Shown: in pieces, positions 50,673-60,492 of the stretch
How the letters are laid out: every line of letters begins with the position of its first letter
How positions within the stretch are numbered: position 1 is the first letter of the stretch
Assembly (NCBI GenBank): GCA_963845435.1
Contig: CAWJSD010000012.1
Location: 326,141 to 390,140, forward strand
From: an uncultured Alphaproteobacteria bacterium
GTDB taxonomy: Bacteria; Pseudomonadota; Alphaproteobacteria; Rhizobiales; Xanthobacteraceae
Length of the DNA: 64,000 nucleotides
Reading direction: 5' to 3'
Made by a program: the position numbers and the translations under genes
Notes under the pieces: model-generated
Seen by the model: only the letters and a program-made list of their open reading frames with translations
What the model was told of the DNA's origin: nothing
Database searches by the model: none

Positions 50673-51778
50673 CCTGCCCTGTCGGTCCGCATCCAAAAGG
50701 TGGAAAACACTAGTAAGTTGTGCATCAAGAATTGCGCGAATTACGTGCATAGGAAGAGACCGGGTTCACCCTTCCCGTCGTTTCGACCGTGTATCGGTGT
50801 CACGTTCGCCGTTCGCCTGCCAATAACTCGGCCTGTCGCTGTCGGGCATGCCCGACAAAGCCATTCGCGCGGCGCGAAGCGAGAATTGGCTTTCTTTCGT
50901 ATTCTCGAAGACATGTCGCGCGGTTGTAAACTTTTGAGGATAACTCAAACCGGTCAAGCCAATCCAAAACGAAGCTTGGCGAAATCAAATGGAAGCCTTA
51001 TCAGCGGTTTCGCGCTCTGGCCAGCGCCCCAAGTTTGCTGATTTCGGTAACGCAAAACACTAGAAACAACACTGAAACATGTGAACCACAACCATGAGTT
51101 CATGCGAAGGGCACGTGTCGATAGCGCGATCTACCCCACGAAGGCAGAAAAATGAGATGCTTGACGCCAATAAGAGCAGCGACGAAACAGCGAGATCGCA
51201 GGCGCTTAGGATTAAAAAAGTGGGCAAGAAAAACTTCATTGTCCTAAACTTTTTCAAATCAACCGCGCGTCGAGCCAGGTCGATTGCGCTTGATTTCTGC
51301 GTCCCAGATCGTCGTCGGAATCAAAGGTGACTGTCTTGCGATATCCTTCGACAATTCATCACCTAGTTTCCTTCTTATTTTGATGCCAGAGGGCCAAATA
51401 TTCGTCCGCGCGGACTTCCCAATTACCACACCGCACACGGCCTCTGCGACGATCATGGGTCATCGCAATGCAACCGACAAACTCTACGATTGGGTCCCTC
51501 GGTTGCGCCATATGCTGCAGTAATGGCCCACAGCTCGTCGCTAAACGGCGGCCCCGGTGACAAATCCGTCAACATTCGCTCGGGCAGCTGCAAAACCACG
51601 GTGCAACGGAAAGAGCGCATTTGTAAACGGAGACCAAAAAGTGGCCTAAGAGCAACACGCCCCGATGAGGCAGCCACTCCCCTCGGCCGCGGTACGAGAC
51701 GGGGTTGTGTCTGGCGCCCGCCCCGCTTATTCAGATCCTGCCTACCTGTATCATTCGTTGTGGAGAAGTCGCAGCCTC

Positions 51779-51976
51779 ATGGATCCGACCAAGCTTCGAC
51801 TCCGATATTTGGTAGGCATCTTGCTCGCCGCAGCGTTAACCGCCGCGCTCTTACGCCACGTCATCCATACCTACGGCGGGGTCCCGCGCGAACAAATTGG
51901 CGTAGCGTCTTTTACGGTTGGGGTCGGAATTTTACTTATCGTGCTGCTTTTCATTCGGTATCGACCGCGGAGATAG
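51779..51976 (+). CDS. Small two-TM membrane protein
   Basis: Two hydrophobic segments, 65 aa. Confidence 0.45.
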   Translation: MDPTKLRLRYLVGILLAAALTAALLRHVIHTYGGVPREQIGVASFTVGVGILLIVLLFIRYRPRR

Positions 51977-52206
51977 GCGTCGCGGTGGTCTGCGATAAAG
52001 AAATTCTTCAACGTTGCGAGACGCGTCACATATTGGCCATGGCGTCGATTGCTCATCGCAACTTCTATAGGCCATAGCAGCCATCCAAGAATGCTGCCGA
52101 CCGCGCTTTTTTACCAAACCTCATCTGTATTAGAACATCGCAACGGCGCTTTGTTTGGCCCATCGCAATCAGTCAACTATCAGAAATCTAGCGCTTCCTT
52201 GAGGCG

Positions 52207-52458
52207 TTATGCGTCAAGTCGGAGGACGCGAAAGTCCGGTCGACGAACTGTCAGGATATCATTCGCCGAGCGACGCCGGACCGCATCCCGCTCGCTGATT
52301 TGCTTCAGACCAGCTCGCAGCCCGACATTGGCTTCCTTCATGTAATTGCGAAGCTCGCGCCGCTCATAAGATGTCAGGGTTGGATCCGCGAGCGTGCGCC
52401 AGGCACGCCGCAACCATTCCTTGAGAGCCTGGACGTCTCGATCGACGGTGTCCGTCAT
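52207..52458 (-). CDS. 83-aa helical hypothetical protein
   Basis: LKEWLRRAWR.LADP.LT..ERRELRNYMKE. Confidence 0.6.
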   Translation of the reverse strand: MTDTVDRDVQALKEWLRRAWRTLADPTLTSYERRELRNYMKEANVGLRAGLKQISERDAVRRRSANDILTVRRPDFRVLRLDA

Positions 52459-52801
52459 ACAAATCACCACAAGGAAAAATGATTGGGTTGCGCGTGGCGC
52501 GGGCTAACACCCGGCCACGGGGGCGCCACCCTTTAATCGTTAAATCATGGACTTAGATGGTTAACGAAAGATTGCCGGCAGTCGCTTCAGGACGCCGCTG
52601 CGCCTGCCATCAGGTGATCGCGCGTGAAACCGATTTTCCGGAGCAAAACTCATGCGCCCGGCCCAACGAAGCCGAGCCGAAACATCCCTGTCGCGGGATC
52701 GCTCTGTGGTCCCGGGGAATTCGCGCACGACCGTAGGAGCGATGCCAGCTTGCCGTCATCGCTTCTAATTCGCTGTTTCCCTAATGGGCGGCAACGACCG
52801 C

Positions 52802-53860
52802 TCAGGCCGGATCAAGCACCTTCCCGGCGTTGGATTGCGCCTTGTCAAAATGCGGCAGAATCTCGCGGGCAAATCTTCGAAGGCTCATGCGGCCGCGCTC
52901 TCCACCTCCCGATCCGCCGCCATTCAACAGCAGGTAGCCGGCGCCGATCGCCTTCAATCCTTCGAGCTTCTCTGCGATCTCGTCGGGGCTGCCGTAGATC
53001 GCGGTTTCCTCGTTGTTGGCGCGGGTGTCGTCATAGGATTGAAAGCGCCAATTGTTGTTGTCGCCACTCGGCGCTTTAGCAATCTCAAGTTGGCGCCAAC
53101 GGGCGTCCAGCCGGTTCTGTAGAGATCGGTCCCGATCTTCTTTGCCGTCCGCCACATAAAATGCGCGCGCGATGCCAACCGACATTGGGTCGAATACCCT
53201 GCCCCTCGCCTCGACTTCGGTCCTGAACAGCGAGATGCGGTGCTTAAGCTCTTCGAGCGATGTAAATTGGTCCAGCAGCAGATTGTAGCCGCGCTCAGCC
53301 ACGGACCGGATGGAACTATCGCTCGACGCTCCCATCCAGATCGGCGGATGGGGCCGCTGCGCAGCGGGTGGTTCGACGACGATATTGTGGAAGTTCCAAT
53401 TTTTGCCCTGGTGCGAAAACCGCGTCTCGGACGTCCACGCTTTCAGCAACACCTCGACACATTCGTTGAACCGGTCATCCGCATCTTCCATCCGAATACC
53501 GAAGCCGGCGAACTCGTTGTGGCGATAGCCCTTGCCGATTCCGAAATCGAGCCGCCCCCCTGACAGCAGATCGATGGTGGCGGCCTGCTCTGCGAGCAGC
53601 ACCGGATTGTGCCATGGAAGAACCGTTACGGCGGTTCCCAAACGCAGTGTTGTCGTTCTCGCGCCGAGCCACGCCAACATGGTCAGAGATGCCGAAACTT
53701 GCCCCAGACCCGTGAAGTGGTGCTCGACAAGAAAAGTGCTGCGAAAGCCAAGCGCCTCGGCTTCCACGTTGTATTCGAGGAAGTCGCGATAGCCTTCGCC
53801 GCTGTCGACATCAGGCCCACCCCGACGGGCCTGCGCACTTCCAAAAAGACCAAATTTCAT
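52802..53860 (-). CDS. LLM-class flavin-dependent oxidoreductase
   Basis: EHHF, LRLGTAV, DLLSGGRLDFGIGKGY, PHPPIW. Confidence 0.92.
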   Translation of the reverse strand: MKFGLFGSAQARRGGPDVDSGEGYRDFLEYNVEAEALGFRSTFLVEHHFTGLGQVSASLTMLAWLGARTTTLRLGTAVTVLPWHNPVLLAEQAATIDLLSGGRLDFGIGKGYRHNEFAGFGIRMEDADDRFNECVEVLLKAWTSETRFSHQGKNWNFHNIVVEPPAAQRPHPPIWMGASSDSSIRSVAERGYNLLLDQFTSLEELKHRISLFRTEVEARGRVFDPMSVGIARAFYVADGKEDRDRSLQNRLDARWRQLEIAKAPSGDNNNWRFQSYDDTRANNEETAIYGSPDEIAEKLEGLKAIGAGYLLLNGGGSGGGERGRMSLRRFAREILPHFDKAQSNAGKVLDPA

Positions 53861-53969
53861 CTCGCTCTCCAGGACCGGTTTCAGGCGCAATCAAGTTCAC
53901 CCGGCCCAACGAGTTGAGAAATCGCAGCTGCCCTCCAGAGCGTCAATCCACATAGTAAGTATACAAATA

Positions 53970-53984
53970 ATGCCTCCCAAGCAT
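53970..53984. promoter_or_regulatory. LysR-type binding site
   Basis: ATGC-N7-GCAT (T-N11-A) between divergent LLM and LysR genes. Confidence 0.45.
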
Positions 53985-54145
53985 GAGACGGCCGGTCATG
54001 AACGCCCATGACGAGGGACGCGAATGGGCGTTTCGCGGATCATTCAAGATTTGATTGCCGCATCGCAGCAATCTTCACGATGATCGTCCGATGGCCTTGG
54101 CCAGACGACGTTGCTCGGCCGTGCATGACGTTGTACGAATTTCAG

Positions 54146-55072
54146 ATGGAACTTCGACATCTCCGGTACTTCGTGGTGGCCGCCGCTGAGGAAAACTTCA
54201 ATCGAGCGGCATCGCGCCTGAATATCGCCCAGCCGGCCCTATCTCGGCAGATTCGCGACCTGGAGGAGGATCTCGGCGTCGCTCTCTTCGATCGAACCGT
54301 TCACCGCGTAAAACTATCTCCGGTCGGCCGTGTATTTCTCGACGACGCGCTCAGGATATTGCGGGACGTCGAACAAGCCCGTGAACGGGCCCAGCGCGCG
54401 GCACGCGGTCAAAGCGGCCTTATCCGGATCGGTTTCAATCGTATTTCCGGGCGGCAAATGATGCTGCCGATCTCGCTGAGGGCTTACCGAACGGCGCATC
54501 CCGATGTTGAAATTGCCCTCTCTCCGCTTTTCGCTCAAAAGCAGATCGACGCTCTTCGCGCAGGGCAACTCGACGCCGGCTTTTTTTGCTTTCGTCCCCA
54601 GGATGACCCCGATTTCGGGCACGTACATTTCGGCAGGGAAGAAATCGTCCTCGCACTTCCACGGGACAACCCTCTCGCAGCCAAGCCCGACCTCAGCCTG
54701 CTCGACCTCGCGGACGAGCCGTTCGTCTATTTCCCCCGATCGTTCAATGCGCTCATGTACGATCACGTGATCGGCCAGTGCATGTCGGGTGGCTTGACCC
54801 CGCGCATCGCCCAGGAGGCGATCACGGAAGAGGCATTGCTAAGCTTGGTTTCCGTCGGGATGGGGGTTACCTTTGTCGGCCGATCGATACGGTCACCTTA
54901 CGAAGACCTGGTGACGTATCGGCGGCTCAACGGGTTTTCCTGTTTCGTGGATCTGGAGCTTGTCTGGCGGCGTTCCGGCGAATCGAGCGTCCTCGTGAAC
55001 TTCATCGATACGATACGATCGGCCCTGGAGAGCTCATCAACCAGCAATCCGGTTGCCGAGAGCGTCAGCTGA
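54146..55072 (+). CDS. LysR regulator (HcaR/BenM-like)
   Basis: MELRHLRYF, NFNRAA.RLNIAQPALSRQI. Confidence 0.92.
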   Translation: MELRHLRYFVVAAAEENFNRAASRLNIAQPALSRQIRDLEEDLGVALFDRTVHRVKLSPVGRVFLDDALRILRDVEQARERAQRAARGQSGLIRIGFNRISGRQMMLPISLRAYRTAHPDVEIALSPLFAQKQIDALRAGQLDAGFFCFRPQDDPDFGHVHFGREEIVLALPRDNPLAAKPDLSLLDLADEPFVYFPRSFNALMYDHVIGQCMSGGLTPRIAQEAITEEALLSLVSVGMGVTFVGRSIRSPYEDLVTYRRLNGFSCFVDLELVWRRSGESSVLVNFIDTIRSALESSSTSNPVAESVS

Positions 55073-55209
55073 TCGCCATTTGCGCTCGCTCCGGGCGACC
55101 AACGACAATGGCATCAGCGTTAAACTAAAAAAGCATTTGCTGCCGCCGAAGGCTGCCCCTCAAAATACCCTGGGATTAAGACGCAAGGCCGGAACACGGA
55201 GCGGGCGCG

Positions 55210-56031
55210 GTGCTCATCGTCGATTTACAGGTGCATATCTGGGAGAACGCCGCTCTGAACTCGCAGCATCGGCAGGTTTCCAGTTACTCGAAGGACGACC
55301 TTCTGCGGGAAATGGATGCTGCGGGCGTCAGTGCCGCGATTATCTGCCCTCCTGCTTCGATGTTCGACGTGAACGACCTTGCGGTCGAAGCTCATATTCA
55401 GCACCCGCATCGGTTGGGAGTGATGGGTTGGTTTCCGCTCGACGACGAGAAGGCACGCGATCGCGTCAGTGAGTGGATGGAACGCCCCGGTATGCTGGGG
55501 CTTCGCTGGGCGCTGAACCGGCCGGACCAGAAGAGCTGGTTCAAGAATCACACGCTCGACTGGCTATGGCCTGTCGCCGAGAAACAGCAGATACCGCTAT
55601 CGTTCCTGGTGAACGAGAATATGCGGGAATTTGGTGAGATCGCCAGAAATCATCCCGGACTGAAGCTCATGATCGACCATATAGGTCGGATATCGCTGAC
55701 CAAGGACGACGCTTCGTTTCGTTCGCTGTCCGAGATGATCGCACTAGCCCGATATGACAATGTCGCCGTCAAACTGTCTTCTGCCCCGAATTACTCCACG
55801 GATCGCTATCCCTGGAAAAACATTCACGGACACCTTCAGCACATCGTTGACGCGTTTGGGCCCGAAAGGTGCTTTTGGGGGACCGACATTACGCGACTGC
55901 AGGCGAGCTTGCCCCAAGCGATAACGATGTTCACCGAAGAGCTTCCCTGGCTCAAGGGACCGGACCTTGAACTCGTGATGGGCCGCGCAATATGCAACTG
56001 GCTTGGATGGGATTTGACGGCCAACGCCTAG
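55210..56031 (+). CDS. Amidohydrolase_2 family protein
   Basis: VDLQVHIW, IDHIG, VKLS, FGPERCFWGTD. Confidence 0.88.
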   Translation: MLIVDLQVHIWENAALNSQHRQVSSYSKDDLLREMDAAGVSAAIICPPASMFDVNDLAVEAHIQHPHRLGVMGWFPLDDEKARDRVSEWMERPGMLGLRWALNRPDQKSWFKNHTLDWLWPVAEKQQIPLSFLVNENMREFGEIARNHPGLKLMIDHIGRISLTKDDASFRSLSEMIALARYDNVAVKLSSAPNYSTDRYPWKNIHGHLQHIVDAFGPERCFWGTDITRLQASLPQAITMFTEELPWLKGPDLELVMGRAICNWLGWDLTANA

Positions 56032-56058
56032 CTTGCAGGCAGTCGCGCCCCGCTCGGA

Positions 56059-56724
56059 CTACGGTTCAATCATTCTTCGCAGTTTCAAGGCCGTTGTGCG
56101 TAAGGGTGTCAGGATTGGCCTGCCCGGATGCGGCTTGGCGATCCGAAACGCCGTATCCATCGACGTTTGGCCAAGAAGCACAGCATCGAATTCAAGCATC
56201 CGTTCTGTCGCGGCCGCGATCAATCTGAAATGTTCGGCAATATCGCCTTTCTCGCGAAAGGCAATTCTCGCGTCGTCCAATACCGTGCTTGCCTGAGTGT
56301 ATTTCAACCCGTGCCTGGTCGCGTATCGCTCGATGTCTTCCGTGAGATTTTTCATGGCGAAGGGGGACGTCGTCAGGACGCAAAAATGCCTGCCGGCTTC
56401 GAAGGCGGCCTCGATCATGGCCTCGTATGATGCAAGAACCGGAATGGCCATCGTCTTGCGAGTTTCCTCCACGACGGCTCCGAATACGGAGCCGGTGAAG
56501 ACGGCCGCCTTCGCGCCGGACAACTCACTATGCCGCAACAGCGAATCGAGCCTTCTGACGAGTTTGGCGTCGATCACCCGAGTGGAGGAATAATCCGCAT
56601 ATAGCGAGTCGTCGATGATATTGACGGGATCGGCCTCAGGCCACACCTCTTCGAAAACCTCAGCCACCGGCCCAGACGACGCCACGGTCGATGGCGCTAT
56701 GACGGCGATGCGAGTTCTGGTCAT
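56059..56724 (-). CDS. Asp/Glu/hydantoin racemase-like protein
   Basis: NIIDDSL, FTGSVFG, LLGQTSM; lacks the usual Cys residues. Confidence 0.7.
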   Translation of the reverse strand: MTRTRIAVIAPSTVASSGPVAEVFEEVWPEADPVNIIDDSLYADYSSTRVIDAKLVRRLDSLLRHSELSGAKAAVFTGSVFGAVVEETRKTMAIPVLASYEAMIEAAFEAGRHFCVLTTSPFAMKNLTEDIERYATRHGLKYTQASTVLDDARIAFREKGDIAEHFRLIAAATERMLEFDAVLLGQTSMDTAFRIAKPHPGRPILTPLRTTALKLRRMIEP

Positions 56725-56761
56725 GGGATCAGCGGAGATCGCCCCGGCGGGCTTAACCGGG

Positions 56762-57748
56762 TCACTGCCCCGGCTCGACTTTTGCGGCTTTCAGTTCGTC
56801 GGCTATCTGAGCGGCGTTTTCCCTTAAGAGTGCTGCGAAATCGGCAGAACCTTTCGGGTATGGCTGGTAACCGGAAAGTCGCAGCGCTTCCACCACGCTT
56901 GGCGCTTCAAGGGTCTTGAGGAGTTCCGTCTCCAACTTACCGATAATCTCCGGAGGCGTATTTGCCGGTGCAAACCAGCCATGCCAGGAGACCGGAATCT
57001 TGAGCCCCGGCAATGCATTTTTCATCAGCGGGACATCTGGAAGTTCCTTCGGCGGCACGTCACCTGTAAACGCGATCGCCCGAAGTTTTTTTGCCTCAAT
57101 GTTCGCCAGCACCGTTGCCGGCGGCATGAACATCACCTGAACGTCACCCGCGAGCAAAGCGGTCACGGCCGGAGCGGTGCCCCGAAAAGGAATCGCTTCC
57201 ATATGGGTGCCCGCATGCTCGTTGAATAACGCTGCGGCAAGCTGAAGAGGATTGCCTAGACCAGGTGAGCCATAAAGGACCCGGTTCTTTTTCGCGTAAT
57301 CGATGAAGTCCTTGACGTTGGTCACCGGCACGTCCGCGTTGACCACCATCAAATAGCCCTGCCCTATCGCTACGTTGGCGATCGGAATGAAATCCTTGAA
57401 CGGATCGTATTGCGCGCTCTTGAACAGGAACGTGTTGATCAGGAACGACGACGAATTGTGCATCAGAGTATAGCCGTCGGGAGCCGCCTGAGCGACAGCC
57501 TGGGTCCCGATCACACCGTCTGCGCCGCCGCGATTGTCGACGATCACCGGCTGACCGATCTGTCGCTCCATCTGCTGTGCGAAGTTTCGCGCGACGATGT
57601 CGCTCGTCCCGGCTGCCGGAAACGGAACGATGAGACGAATCGGCCGGGTCGGATAGTCTTTCGAGAACGCCATCGAGACCAGCGACGTCCAAATGATCGC
57701 TGCCGCAACCGCGCGCGTTGCGCCGCCCCTCATTCGCTTCCTTCCCAT
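56762..57748 (-). CDS. Bug/TctC tripartite tricarboxylate transporter binding protein
   Basis: YPTRPIRLIVPFPAAGTSD, NRGGA, PDGYTL. Confidence 0.92.
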   Translation of the reverse strand: MGRKRMRGGATRAVAAAIIWTSLVSMAFSKDYPTRPIRLIVPFPAAGTSDIVARNFAQQMERQIGQPVIVDNRGGADGVIGTQAVAQAAPDGYTLMHNSSSFLINTFLFKSAQYDPFKDFIPIANVAIGQGYLMVVNADVPVTNVKDFIDYAKKNRVLYGSPGLGNPLQLAAALFNEHAGTHMEAIPFRGTAPAVTALLAGDVQVMFMPPATVLANIEAKKLRAIAFTGDVPPKELPDVPLMKNALPGLKIPVSWHGWFAPANTPPEIIGKLETELLKTLEAPSVVEALRLSGYQPYPKGSADFAALLRENAAQIADELKAAKVEPGQ

Positions 57749-57978
57749 ATCAATTCGACAGTATTATTTTTGCCGCGAATGCCTTGCGGCACTGTGACTT
57801 AATGCCCTCGCGGTCGCACGTTAACAGGTATCGCGAAGTCATGATCATGAAATATTGAGGCGCGGTTCTGCTGACGTCTAATATCATTCGGATATAAGCC
57901 TGATACGATTGCGGCATGGTCGACGCACGATTCCCGACCGGCGTTATCGGTAATCAACTTGCCGAGCGCCAATATTTG

Positions 57979-58740
57979 TCAATCTTCCGTCTGAAGTCGT
58001 TTTTGGCGTTCGATGCGATCCAAACCGGAGTTGAAACTTCGGACGAGTTCAGCCACGGCATTTGGGTCGCGCTGGCCTCGAGGAAGAGCCACCGGATTAT
58101 CCTGAACGATGCACGCAGGCTGGCCGCCGAGGAACAGGACACGGTCCGTCAGCTCGATCGCTTCCGCCAGGTCGTGCGTAACAAGCAGCGTCGTCGTTTT
58201 CCCGCCGGTGGCGAGCGCGCGTAGTTCACCTCGCAGCCGCGCAGCGATCGCCTGATCCAGCGAGGCCATCGGTTCGTCGAGCAGCAGCAGGTCCGGCTGG
58301 ATCGCCATGGCCCGAACCATCGCGACCCGCCGCGCCTGGCCGAGCGAGAGTTCACCGGCATATTGGCGCCGGCACGGCGTCAGGTCGAAGCGCTCCAGCC
58401 AGTCGCCGATATCCGGGGTTACCGCGGCTGCCTCCAGCGCGATCCGAATGTTGTCATCAACGGTCCGCCACGGCAGCAATCTCGGCTCCTGGAACAGAAC
58501 GCCAATGCGGACCGACGGAGCCATCCTTCGCTCGCCCCGGAAGTCGCGATCGAGTCCGGCCACAATGCGAAGAATGGTCGTCTTTCCGCTGCCAGAGGGC
58601 CCGGTCAGCGCCGTGGACGAACCGGACTTCAGTTCGAGCGCCACCCCGCCCAGCACGTCGATCGAAGCGCCCGCCGCCGAGCGATAGACCTTCGAGTCGA
58701 TCCTCAGTTCAAGCAGGTTGGTGGCGCCAGCGGTTTGCAT
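57979..58740 (-). CDS. NitT/TauT ABC ATP-binding protein
   Basis: GPSGSGKT, FQEPRLLPW, LSLGQ, DEP, VTHD. Confidence 0.9.
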   Translation of the reverse strand: MQTAGATNLLELRIDSKVYRSAAGASIDVLGGVALELKSGSSTALTGPSGSGKTTILRIVAGLDRDFRGERRMAPSVRIGVLFQEPRLLPWRTVDDNIRIALEAAAVTPDIGDWLERFDLTPCRRQYAGELSLGQARRVAMVRAMAIQPDLLLLDEPMASLDQAIAARLRGELRALATGGKTTTLLVTHDLAEAIELTDRVLFLGGQPACIVQDNPVALPRGQRDPNAVAELVRSFNSGLDRIERQKRLQTED

Positions 58741-59446
58741 TGCGCTCCAAGGGTTGGACCAGCAGGCTCTCGACCGCCAGCATGACGGCGATAAAGGCTA
58801 TCGAATAGACGAAAATGGTCGTGAGATCGAACAGCGAAAAAGCCGTACCAAGCACGAAGCCAACTCCATTGGGCCGGCCGATCAATTCGACCACCAGCAC
58901 GACCTTCCAGATGATCGAGATTCCCGATCGAAATGCCGCGGCAAGATAAGGCGCGAGCTGCGGCAACACGATGTGGCGGATCCGCGCCGGCCACGACAGC
59001 TGGAATACGTCCGCCACATCTTCCAGATCCGGCCGCAGCGCGCGCGTCCCTTCGCGCACCAGCACGACCACGTTCGGGAACTTGTTGAGCGCCACCGCAG
59101 CGATCGCCGCCGGCTCGTTCAGCCCCAGCCAGATATACGCCAGAATGATCGTCACCAGGGCCGGGAGATTGAGCAAGATCACCAGCCACACGTCGCCAAA
59201 ACGATCAAACACGCGGGACTTGCCCATCGCATAGCCTACGACAAGGCCAAGCAGGCCCGCGATCACGAACGCAGCCGTCACGCGCAGCAAGGTGCACGCC
59301 AGATGATAAGGAAGGGCAAGCGATCGGGTGTCGCGCAGCGCGGCTTCCGCAACGGCCAGTGGCTCTGGCAACAGGGGCGAACGCGCCACGGCGGCGACCG
59401 CGAACCAGAGCAGCAGAACGGAGACGATGGAGAGCGGTTTCGCCAA
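58709..59446 (-). CDS. NitT/TauT ABC permease
   Basis: EAA-like loop, WKVVLVVELIG..NGVG. Confidence 0.88.
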   Translation of the reverse strand: MAKPLSIVSVLLLWFAVAAVARSPLLPEPLAVAEAALRDTRSLALPYHLACTLLRVTAAFVIAGLLGLVVGYAMGKSRVFDRFGDVWLVILLNLPALVTIILAYIWLGLNEPAAIAAVALNKFPNVVVLVREGTRALRPDLEDVADVFQLSWPARIRHIVLPQLAPYLAAAFRSGISIIWKVVLVVELIGRPNGVGFVLGTAFSLFDLTTIFVYSIAFIAVMLAVESLLVQPLERNANRWRHQPA

Positions 59447-59448
59447 AG

Positions 59449-60492
59449 TCAGTTTCCGGATGGCGCAGGCCGGTAATACAGGCCTTCATCGAGTTGCTGT
59501 GACGGTCCGACCAGATCGCTGCCTCCGATCGAGGCAAGCGTCCTGAACAGCTTTTGCGCGTCGGCCATCTCGGAATCGATATCGCCGCGCGGAATGGTGC
59601 TGCGCACCGTCGCGCGATAGCTCTCGAACACAGCGTTGCTTTCGGCCGACATCAAAGGCCGCAGCGCCTCCCACTCGGCATCGGACTCGCGCAAGGTCCG
59701 GTCGGCTTGCTTCGCCACTGCGAGGAAGCGATCGATCACGCCCGGGTGCGCTGCAACGAAGGCCTCCGAGAATGTATAGCCGACCATCGCGATCGGTTCT
59801 GCAAGACCAAGTTCGGTCTCGGCCGCGCGAACGTCATACAGGCGCCGATAGCCCTGAGCTTCGAGCCTGGCGCAAAAATTCCAGTAATTGAGGCCGGCGT
59901 CGGCTTCGCCCTGCCGTAGCTTGGCAAAGAGCAGCGGCGGCGCGCCGAACATCAGCGTGACGTCCCGGGCGAGGTCGACGCCACGCCGCTGCGCGGCCGC
60001 CCGAACAATCAGCCAGCTTTTGTCGAGCGCGCCGCCCGCGACCGAAAGCGATCGTCCCTTGAGCTCGGAAACATCGTGGAACGGAGAGTCGGCCTTCACC
60101 ATGATGGCGCCGATCGCCGTCGAATACGGATAGAATTTCAGCTTGCGGCCAAGCGCGCGCTCCCGCGCAACCCAGAGCCAGTCCGTCACCACAACATCGA
60201 CGGTTCCGCCGTTGAGCGCGAGCTTGCCGGCATCGACCGATGCATATTGCCGGATGTCGAGCTCAAGCCCGGCCTGGGTTGCCAACCCGTGCCGGGCGAT
60301 GACATCCAGCTGCCAGGCGAAGGTTCCGGTCGTTTGAACGCCGATCCGCAGCGTTTCGGCCGCGAAGGCCTGGCCGACGGTCAGTGCCAGAAGGATGATC
60401 GTGGTCCAAGTGAGCGAAGCGGCACCCGGGTCATACCGGAACGTCGCGCAGCGTATACGGCCGAGGATCCCCAGCTGGAGCTCGCCCGTCAT
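59449..60492 (-). CDS. NitT/TauT ABC substrate-binding protein
   Basis: GTFAWQL, TDWLWV, PYS, AGGALDKSW, YWNF; start uncertain. Confidence 0.85.
   Translation of the reverse strand: MTGELQLGILGRIRCATFRYDPGAASLTWTTIILLALTVGQAFAAETLRIGVQTTGTFAWQLDVIARHGLATQAGLELDIRQYASVDAGKLALNGGTVDVVVTDWLWVARERALGRKLKFYPYSTAIGAIMVKADSPFHDVSELKGRSLSVAGGALDKSWLIVRAAAQRRGVDLARDVTLMFGAPPLLFAKLRQGEADAGLNYWNFCARLEAQGYRRLYDVRAAETELGLAEPIAMVGYTFSEAFVAAHPGVIDRFLAVAKQADRTLRESDAEWEALRPLMSAESNAVFESYRATVRSTIPRGDIDSEMADAQKLFRTLASIGGSDLVGPSQQLDEGLYYRPAPSGN

Noticed and set aside
50750-51660. Short ORFs in the AT-richer stretch
   Set aside because: No convincing RBS, motif or coding pattern.
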